A stretch of DNA of 5,538 nt, taken from positions 1 through 5,538 of the forward strand of contig NW_021829844.1 of the NCBI RefSeq assembly GCF_006345805.1. Reading direction: 5' to 3'. Each line of letters opens with the position of its first letter. Positions within the stretch are counted from its first letter, which is position 1. The notes under the pieces were generated by a model. It did no database searches. It saw nothing but the letters and a program-made list of their open reading frames with translations, and was not told where the DNA came from. The translations under genes were made by a program, and so were the position numbers. This DNA is from Octopus sinensis (Eukaryota). Below, piece by piece: positions 1-5,538 of this stretch.

Positions 1-110
1 ATTTTCTCTGCCCCCCTCATCACATCATCACCGAAGATACAGCAGTCGTAGAAAAGACGAACTCTTTCTAATTCGGGTGTAGGACTCTCCGTACCCGTTG
101 GTTCTCTGTA
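1..110 (-). CDS. NR4A: NR4A/HR38 nuclear receptor, internal exon starting the ligand-binding domain (truncated by window edge)
   Basis: Minus-strand acceptor ttaatttcAG at 112-111, then phase-0 open frame YREPTGTESPTPELERVRLFYDCCIFGDDVMRGAEK(I). It continues in frame from LDYSK of the upstream exon. FYD...DVMRG-AEKI matches NR4A helix 3 as I recall it (NR4A2 FYDLLTGSMEIIRGWAEKI; fly Hr38 FYQLLTSSVDVIKQFAEKI), with local anomalies. Confidence 0.85.
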
Positions 111-139
111 CTGAAATTAACAAGTGTAAGGAAATTCAT

Positions 140-477
140 GCATGTATATTGTATATACGTAGAGATATATGTATCTATCTATACATGTATGTACGTACGT
201 ATATAGAAGTTTGTATATTTAGATATATATAGATATATATTTGGGTGTATATATGTGTATATATATATATCCATAATTTAAATATACATAACAACATATA
301 CATGTTCATATACACTTATGTATGTACATAAACATATGAGTGTATATATATAAACATATATATCCATATATATACATATATATACATATATATATATACA
401 TATATACACATACATATATATATATACATAAATACATGCGTATATACATACATATATGTATACACAGATGCATACAC

Positions 478-510
<33 letters not shown>

Positions 511-660
511 CATATATACATGCATATATACACATATATATACACATATATTTATATAAATATATATTAATTTACGTGTCGGCTTACAGGATTATATGTA
601 TATATGTATATTAATTCATTAATTACGTATATATATAGATATATATACATACATATACAT
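140..660. repeat. Compound (TA)n/(TACA)n/(TATG)n microsatellite field
   Basis: Long degenerate TA, TACA and TAGA runs seen directly. Confidence 0.95.
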
Positions 661-1113
661 CTATGTTTTCCCTTCTCTGGCACTCAGGCAAAGGGGGAAT
701 TTTCTTGTCAAATTCTTAACTTCAGATTATAATATAATGATTAACACAAATATTATTTTATATTATTATTATTATTATCTATACCTTTATTCTAAATGTG
801 TAGTCAAGCAAGGAAATACCCAATTGAAAAATATGTAATGAGTTACTGTTAATAATCGATTCCTAAAGTATTGAACAGTCATCGATTATGATTGCGAGGG
901 AGTAATATAAAGTAAATATATTACTTCAAAATACATACTTAATTCCTTCAAACAACCCATAATACATATATTATCAAATTTTCTATTGTTTTTGTTTGCG
1001 AAGAGATTCACTGAGTCAGGTACTCTTTAAACAACCATTTTCTTCGTCATTAAATCTTGTACATTTACTTAGAGCTTTCCACATCACTACTTCGGCATGT
1101 ACAGCTTATTCTA

Positions 1114-1156
1114 TTCTTCGCGGATGAGGTTACATAAAACCGAAACGTCCACAGAG
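1114..1156 (+). ncRNA. Degenerate minimal type I hammerhead-like motif
   Basis: Core CGGATGA (1121-1127, one change from CTGATGA). Stem II GGTT/AACC (1128-1131/1138-1141). GAAA at 1142-1145, then CG-T-C (palindromic ACGT, site after C1149). Stem I is only partly paired. Confidence 0.5.
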
Positions 1157-1439
1157 TTAGCTCCCGTATTTGGCTGTAATAATTCTAAAATAATTCTAAA
1201 ATAATAAGTCATTGTCAAATAAGTCTTTATATATCAAAGAATTAAGCCATGAAAATATAAGTCAGTTCCATGTTTTTCAATTTTGTGACCGCTATTTCTG
1301 CTTTTAGTACAATTGTTTCATTTATAATAGTTATGTCTGTTTATTTAGTTAATATTTCAATCGGTAATTGCTTTGCTCGACTTCGGGTATCAGTTAAATT
1401 TAGACATCACATAATATTTCTTTCTCAATCGCTCCAGTC

Positions 1440-1488
1440 CTCTCTCTCTCTCTCTCACTCTCTCTGTCTCTCTCTCTCACACACACAC
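1440..1488. repeat. (CT)n-(CA)n compound microsatellite
   Basis: tctctc... followed by acacacaca. Confidence 0.95.
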
Positions 1489-1567
1489 AATTTGATTATC
1501 GCTCTCAACGTTCATTGGCATGTCATTAGACAAAGCATCTGACCATCGGAGCACTCACCGATCAAGT

Positions 1568-1568
1568 C

Positions 1569-1599
<31 letters not shown>

Positions 1600-1731
1600 A
1601 TATAATATATATATATTTTTATATTATACTATATACATATATACGCAATATGTATATACGTATATATACGCATATGTATATACGTATATATACGCATATG
1701 TTTATACGTATATATATTTTGTGTATATATA
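1568..1731. repeat. (TA)n tract with embedded 24-bp minisatellite (about 2.9 copies, 1648-1716)
   Basis: ATATGTATATACGTATATATACGC at 1648-1671 and 1672-1695, with a partial third copy from 1696. Confidence 0.9.
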
Positions 1732-1952
1732 CAGGGTATCTCAGAAGTCATGCACCATTCTGGTTTTCATTAAAAATAATTTATTTTACTTAATTTTTTT
1801 CTAATTTATTTTATTTTATTCAATTTATTGCAGAGAGTGCTCAATTTGAGCATTTGTTATGATTAATTTCAAGTAAGTGTTTTTGAAAACAAGAAAGGTG
1901 AATTTTAAAAAAATACCAAGCCAACATGGTGCATGACTTCTGGGACACCCTG
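1732..1952. mobile_element. Tc1/mariner-type MITE (221 bp)
   Basis: 27-bp TIRs CAGGGTATCTCAGAAGTCATGCACCAT (1732-1758) and ATGGTGCATGACTTCTGGGACACCCTG (1926-1952), 25/27 matching. TA flanks at 1730-1731 and 1953-1954. No transposase ORF. Confidence 0.9.
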
Positions 1953-2073
1953 TATATATATAATATTATATATATATTATATATCTCTATATAGACACAT
2001 ATGTGTGTGTGTGCATGATTATATATATATATATATGATATATAATATATATGTATATATAATACATACACAC
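1953..2073. repeat. (TA)n/(GT)n microsatellite
   Basis: Degenerate TA and GT runs seen directly. Confidence 0.9.
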
Positions 2074-2321
2074 AGATGAAACACCAAACCAAATTGAAAA
2101 CAACAAAACGGATACACAATCAAAAATCATACAAAATGTTTTTGCTGAATCAGAGAAAAGCTTAAAGATAATGCACTAGATTTTCCATATAATTAATGCT
2201 AGATGTTGTATACTACAGCCAGCTTACATAACAGGTTTGTGACATTTAGCTATGCTCCTTTACGTCTCCTAGTGTCGTTTGTAATCCATCATTCTTAAAA
2301 TGTATGGAGTTCTGTTTACAT

Positions 2322-2374
2322 TTGAAGAGCATTGGACAAAATGCCTTGCGGTGTTTGCTACAGCCCTTTACCGC
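2322..2374 (+). mobile_element. Possible decayed 5' SINE fragment
   Basis: agagcattggacaaaatgccttgcggtgtttg resembles the head of an octopus SINE as I recall it. Not verifiable within the window. Confidence 0.3.
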
Positions 2375-2471
2375 TTATGTCGTTTATTTCCATGATCGAT
2401 AAAATGAAATCTCGGTTGTTGAGATATTGGAGTCAATATATATCCGACTGTGCCCTCACTCAAAGTGCGTG

Positions 2472-2668
2472 TAGCCGCATGGTTCGGTAGTTAAGGTGTT
2501 GGACTCATGATTGTAAGATTGTGGTTTCGATTCCTGAACCGAGCATAATTGTGTCCTTGAGCAAGACACTTCATTTCACGTTGTTCCAGTTCACTCAGCT
2601 GGTATAAATGAGTAATCCTGTGTCGGACCAGCGTCCTGTCCAGAAAAACCGGGAAACCGGTCCTATGC
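2472..2668 (+). mobile_element. tRNA-derived SINE with CORE-like central domain
   Basis: A-box-like TGGTTCGGTAGTTAAGG (2480-2496) and B-box GGTTTCGATTCC (2523-2534). CORE-like GTGTCCTTGAGCAAGACACTT...CAGCTGGTATAAATGAGTA (2551-2613). 3' hairpin ACCGG-GAAA-CCGGT (2648-2661). Confidence 0.8.
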
Positions 2669-2827
2669 TCCTTCCGGAGTCATGTAGACTAACCTAGCCT
2701 CATTCGAAATGTGTTGCTAGGTAGCGTGTGTAGGCAGTCGGATCGGATGGGACCTAAGGGTTTAAGGATTTAATAGGAATTTGGAGTTGGGGTCGGGCTC
2801 TCTCTTATGTAGAAATCGTATATTATT

Positions 2828-3016
2828 AAGGGTGGCAACTTGTTATTAATGTTTTACAGTATTTGTTCCGGTCTGAATGATCTCAGTTCAAATCTTGCCG
2901 AGGTCAATTTTACCTTTTGTCTTTCCGGAGTTGATAAAATAAGTACCAGTGAAGTACTAGGGGTCGATGTTACCGGCTACGTCTCTCAAAATTGTTGTTC
3001 TTGTGACTAGTGTTGG
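2828..3016 (+). mobile_element. tRNA-derived SINE, second family (copy A)
   Basis: B-box GTTCAAATC (2886-2894), then GCCGAGGTCAATTTTACC...GATAAAATAAGTACCAGT...GGGGTCGATGT, alignable with copy B at 4292-4450. Confidence 0.75.
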
Positions 3017-3053
3017 GCATTTTACCTCCTGGTGCTAATTAAATCTCATTACC

Positions 3054-3102
3054 CTCTGAGTTCAGATCCCTTTCAAATCACAAATTTACCTTTCATCTTT
3101 TC
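3054..3102 (+). mobile_element. Short fragment of the second SINE family
   Basis: TCTGAGTTCAGATCCC (B-box-like) and TTTACCTTTCATCTTTT resemble copies A and B. Confidence 0.45.
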
Positions 3103-3648
3103 ATTTGGCTGCTATTTCTAGCAGATCGGGCAACCACATACAAGCAATTTTATTGGCGTTTTGTTGAAGTGTTTCAATGTGTATGCTTATATACTTATAT
3201 GTATTTGTATGCGCGCGCATGTGTGAGTGTATGTTCATTTGTATGCATGCATGTTCTCTTATTTGAATTCTTCCCAGAAATAACTATTCAATAAAATTTG
3301 GATAACAATAATTGTTCATGTTCGACTTTAGAAAGTCTTGCATAGTTCTACTGTTCTACCTACAAATTATATTCATAAAGCATGAATTAATGGTCGGTCA
3401 TTTTCCTCGTCTGAAAACCTAGCTTTTCAAGACTGTCCCTTAGATATTTCACTAACCTAGCAAATGGACCAATGATTAGCGATATAGATATATATATATT
3501 TATAATCAAAATAGGGAAGCTATCGTTTTCGGAGTTGCTGCCCATAGATATGTTCGTTAACATAGATTATAAAAGAAATATTCTTATCTAAGGGGCACTT
3601 ATACATATAGTATATATATATATATATATATATTTATTTTGTAGAAGG

Positions 3649-3698
3649 AGCTTCTACAGAACTAGAAATGTTTCATTCCAAAAAATCATCAGGAAGCT
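3649..3698 (-). ncRNA. Type I hammerhead-like motif, left arm (sense to NR4A pre-mRNA)
   Basis: Minus strand reads AGCTTC CTGATGA TTTTTTGGAAT GAAA CATTTCTAGTTCTG TA GAAGCT. Core intact, stem I 6 bp, weak stem II, stem III 3 bp then a mismatch, CTAG in loop III, GUA site. Confidence 0.55.
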
Positions 3699-3745
3699 TC
3701 CTGATGATTTCTTTTGAATGAAACAGTCTTAGTTCTGTAGAAGCT
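3695..3745 (+). ncRNA. Type I hammerhead ribozyme-like motif, right arm
   Basis: Stem I AGCTTC/GAAGCT (3695-3700/3740-3745). Core CTGATGA at 3701-3707. Stem II TTC-TTTT-GAA closed by a T.T mismatch. GAAA at 3720-3723. Stem III ACAG/CTGT (3723-3726/3735-3738). GUA site at 3737-3739. Confidence 0.72.
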
Positions 3746-4233
3746 CCTTCTACAAAATAAATTAATTTACTCTGCCATGTATTGAGTACCTTATTTACTG
3801 TGGTTAACCCCGACTCAACCCGGGACCTACATAGTATATATATATATATTATATTCTGCCGCATACATAACTATATCAGGCTTGTTATGTTCGTACTTGA
3901 CAGAAATCTTGATGGGAATGCTTCACCAATATTCTTTGAGTTAATATATTTGTATATAGGTTTGATGTGTATATATTTATCCTAGAGCTGTTTTATTTTC
4001 CTACGAACGGCATTATATTATTGTTTAGCATTTAGTAATAAATGTGGCAAGAGAGGGCGTGCCTTGATGATATCTTTAGGGCAGTTGCTGATCCCGTGTA
4101 TAATAATATCATTCACAGAAATGTGATGTGATCAACGTTGTGAGCCGCACCCTGAGATTTTAGGGATCCGCTGCCTCTTACTTGCAATCGGAACTTTGTA
4201 GCTATTATTTGCTCTTGAATTACAAATCTATAA

Positions 4234-4283
4234 CCTTCAAAATGTGACGTAACGATCGCCTTCAAAATGTGACGTAACGATCG
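4234..4283. repeat. Perfect 25-bp tandem duplication containing CRE-like TGACGTAA
   Basis: CCTTCAAAATGTGACGTAACGATCG at 4234-4258 and 4259-4283; TGACGTAA at 4245-4252 and 4270-4277. Confidence 0.95.
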
Positions 4284-4291
4284 CAAGTCCA

Positions 4292-4450
4292 GCAGAGGCT
4301 TAGCAACATTTCGTCCGTCTTTACGGTCTGCCGCCGGGGTCGACTTTGCATTTCATCCTTTTGGTTTGATGAAATAAGTATCAGTTGAGCACTGGGTATG
4401 ATGTAACCGACTTAACCCCTGCCCCTCGTGCCAAAAGTTGAAGCCAATAT
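4292..4450 (+). mobile_element. tRNA-derived SINE, second family (copy B, B-box missing)
   Basis: CCGCCGGGGTCGACTTTGCATTTCATCC...GATGAAATAAGTATCAGT aligns with copy A. The AGTTCAAAT segment is absent at 4330/4331. Confidence 0.75.
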
Positions 4451-4578
4451 GTATTTGAGAATAGAAAATGTTAGTTTTTCGTGACAAGATGTCAGTGTAT
4501 GTACGTGTAAATGCGTGTGTATGTAGGTGAATGCTGATAGTGGTCTTTCTTCAACTTGGCCAGGTATCGAACTCTTAC

Positions 4579-4739
4579 CTTACTGTAGTCCAGGTTAGGA
4601 ATGTCGGGGGAAGTGTCAACGTGGGCGCGAACAAGAGCTGTGATGAGGCTGACTGGAGGTGACGGTGGCGACTCCTGGGGACTTTTCGGTTTTGATGGAA
4701 GCCGGCCTCTTCGTCCTTTCAAACTGTCCGTTCGTACAA
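4579..4739 (-). CDS. NR4A: NR4A/HR38 nuclear receptor, internal exon (DBD C-terminal extension and hinge)
   Basis: Acceptor tttcttttttgcAG (4741-4740) with a pyrimidine tract and branch-like CTAAC (4780-4776). 161 nt, phase 1 start: (V)[53 protein letters not shown]. Donor GTAAGA follows. [11 protein letters not shown] and [18 protein letters not shown] are diagnostic of NR4A. Confidence 0.97.
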
Positions 4740-4830
4740 CTGCAAAAAAGAAACATGGCGGAAAAAGAGAAAACGGTTAGATATTTTATATTGTTTAGAC
4801 ATACACAGAGCGACTACTGCTGCTGTTGCG

Positions 4831-4869
<39 letters not shown>

Positions 4870-4908
4870 ATAATAATAATAATAATAATAATAGTAATAA
4901 TAATAATA
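4831..4908. repeat. (CTA)13 followed by (ATA)n microsatellite
   Basis: 13 CTA units at 4831-4869, then ATA repeats with one GTA interruption. Confidence 0.95.
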
Positions 4909-4975
4909 TTATTTAATAGTAATCTTGAATTAGTTCCTGAAGAAAGACTTTCACACTACATACATCGACACACAC

Positions 4976-5050
4976 TCGTGGTTGTCTCCTAACCACATGG
5001 TTCCTTGGGAAATCTTTGTGAACAAATCCTTATGAATAAATTTGGTAAAC
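4976..5050 (+). mobile_element. Possible internally deleted SINE remnant
   Basis: GTGGTT...CCTAACCACATGGTTC...CTTGGG...ATTTGGTAAAC resembles an abundant octopus SINE as I recall it. No second copy in the window. Confidence 0.4.
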
Positions 5051-5248
5051 TACGACCAACAGTCACTGCTACTACTGCTATTTCGACCGCTGATCATTTC
5101 CACAATTACAGCCAACGAATCTAGTCAACGCACAAGACAACCATTATGCTTCCTCCCCCACCACTCGCCACAAAACACCACCACGTGAACTCTGTTGAGA
5201 CTAGTAAGAAACAATTATGAACTTTTTTATTACACTTAACTTTTAAAT

Positions 5249-5299
5249 ATATTTTTGATAAGGTTCGTTTTTTCAAGAAGAACCGAAACGTAAAATTTC
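5249..5299 (+). ncRNA. Decayed minimal hammerhead-like motif
   Basis: TTGATAA (5255-5261, two transitions from CTGATGA). Stem II GGTTC/GAACC (5262-5266/5280-5284). GAAA-CG-T-A at 5285-5292. Stem I ATTT/AAAT. Confidence 0.4.
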
Positions 5300-5438
5300 T
5301 AAGAAAAATTAAAATTTATCTTATATAGTGGCGTTTTCAAACTTCTTTTTTATAAATATATACCCGCCATGATAGATCGTTTGCTACTACATACATTTTT
5401 TTTCTTTGCTTGTTTCTCTCCTCGTTTTTTTCTGTGTA

Positions 5439-5476
5439 TCTTTCTGTCGAAGAGCGTAGGCTCGAAACATAAAAGA
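5439..5476 (+). ncRNA. Minimal type I hammerhead-like motif in a repeat that runs off the window end
   Basis: Stem I TCTTT/AAAGA (5439-5443/5472-5476). Core CTGTCGA-A (5444-5451). Stem II GAGC-GTAG-GCTC (5452-5463). GAAA at 5464-5467, then CA-T-A (ACAT, one transition from ACGT). Confidence 0.6.
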
Positions 5477-5538
5477 CTTTTTTTCTATTCCGGAGCGCTA
5501 TACTATACATTTGTTTGTTTGTACACCACCTGCCTTCG

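Larger units (their letters stand above)
3632..3830. mobile_element. Foldback element with inverted end, probably derived from a Penelope-like retroelement
   Basis: 131-bp inverted repeat 3632-3762: 33-bp perfect outer arms (3632-3664/3730-3762), 10-bp middle arms (3669-3678/3716-3725) and a perfect 28-bp central palindrome (3683-3710). A unique tail runs to about 3830, and (TA)n flanks both sides. The Penelope assignment is inferred from the hammerheads and the inversion. Confidence 0.65.
111..4578 (-). other. NR4A: Phase-0 GT-AG intron of NR4A/HR38 (4468 nt)
   Basis: Donor AAG|GTAAGA at 4579/4578 and acceptor ttaatttcAG|TAC at 111/110. Splicing gives ...LDYSK-YREP... in frame. Confidence 0.88.

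Noticed and set aside
278-570. Four Y/I/M-rich ORFs
   Set aside because: Translations of TA/TACA microsatellite.
1896-1903. AAAGGTGA, and AGGTCA at 2901, as NBRE autoregulatory sites
   Set aside because: Neither matches AAAGGTCA, and both lie inside transposon copies.
1270-2119. ORFs 1270-1542, 1520-1804 and 1841-2119
   Set aside because: They span microsatellites and MITE TIRs; the shared RVSQKSCT peptide is just the TIR read on both strands.
2472-2545. tRNA gene
   Set aside because: A and B boxes are present but the arms pair poorly and the sequence runs into a SINE central domain.
3209-3220. ATGCGCGCGCAT palindrome as Z-DNA
   Set aside because: Short, and part of a decayed dinucleotide tract.
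2688-3461. ACTAACCTAGC repeated at 2688 and 3451; small hairpin at 2692-2722
   Set aside because: An 11-mer match and a 7-bp stem are expected by chance in a window this size.
3673-3985. ORFs 3673-3864 (-) and 3782-3985 (+)
   Set aside because: Short, cross microsatellite and foldback sequence, and show no RT or GIY-YIG motifs.
4234-4283. CRISPR array
   Set aside because: Two adjacent copies with no spacer, in eukaryotic DNA.
4492-4722. ORF as listed (MKGRR...YIH)
   Set aside because: The M is a TTG leucine inside the exon, and everything after LDYSK is intron read-through.
4659-4916. Plus-strand 85-aa ORF ending in poly-T/poly-N
   Set aside because: Antisense shadow of the NR4A exon plus trinucleotide repeats.
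4937-4960. CTGAAGA as another hammerhead core
   Set aside because: No stem II and GAAA follow at a usable spacing.

Overview
AT-rich animal genomic DNA; the repeat families resemble ones I recall from octopus, so a cephalopod origin is inferred. The window holds two minus-strand exons of an NR4A/HR38 (Nur77/Nurr1-like) nuclear receptor. Exon 4579-4739 encodes the DBD C-terminal extension and hinge ([20 protein letters not shown]...LDYSK). Exon 1-110 starts the ligand-binding domain and runs off the window. They are joined by a 4468-nt phase-0 GT-AG intron. The introns contain microsatellites, a Tc1/mariner-type MITE, several tRNA-derived SINE copies and a perfect 25-bp duplication carrying CRE-like sites. 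The most notable signal is five type I hammerhead-ribozyme-like motifs at four loci, probably from Penelope-like retroelements. Two lie back-to-back on opposite strands in a 131-bp foldback (3632-3762) with intact CTGATGA/GAAA cores, and only one of all five is in the NR4A pre-mRNA sense. The other three have minimal geometry and core substitutions. All structures were folded by eye and no activity is shown.
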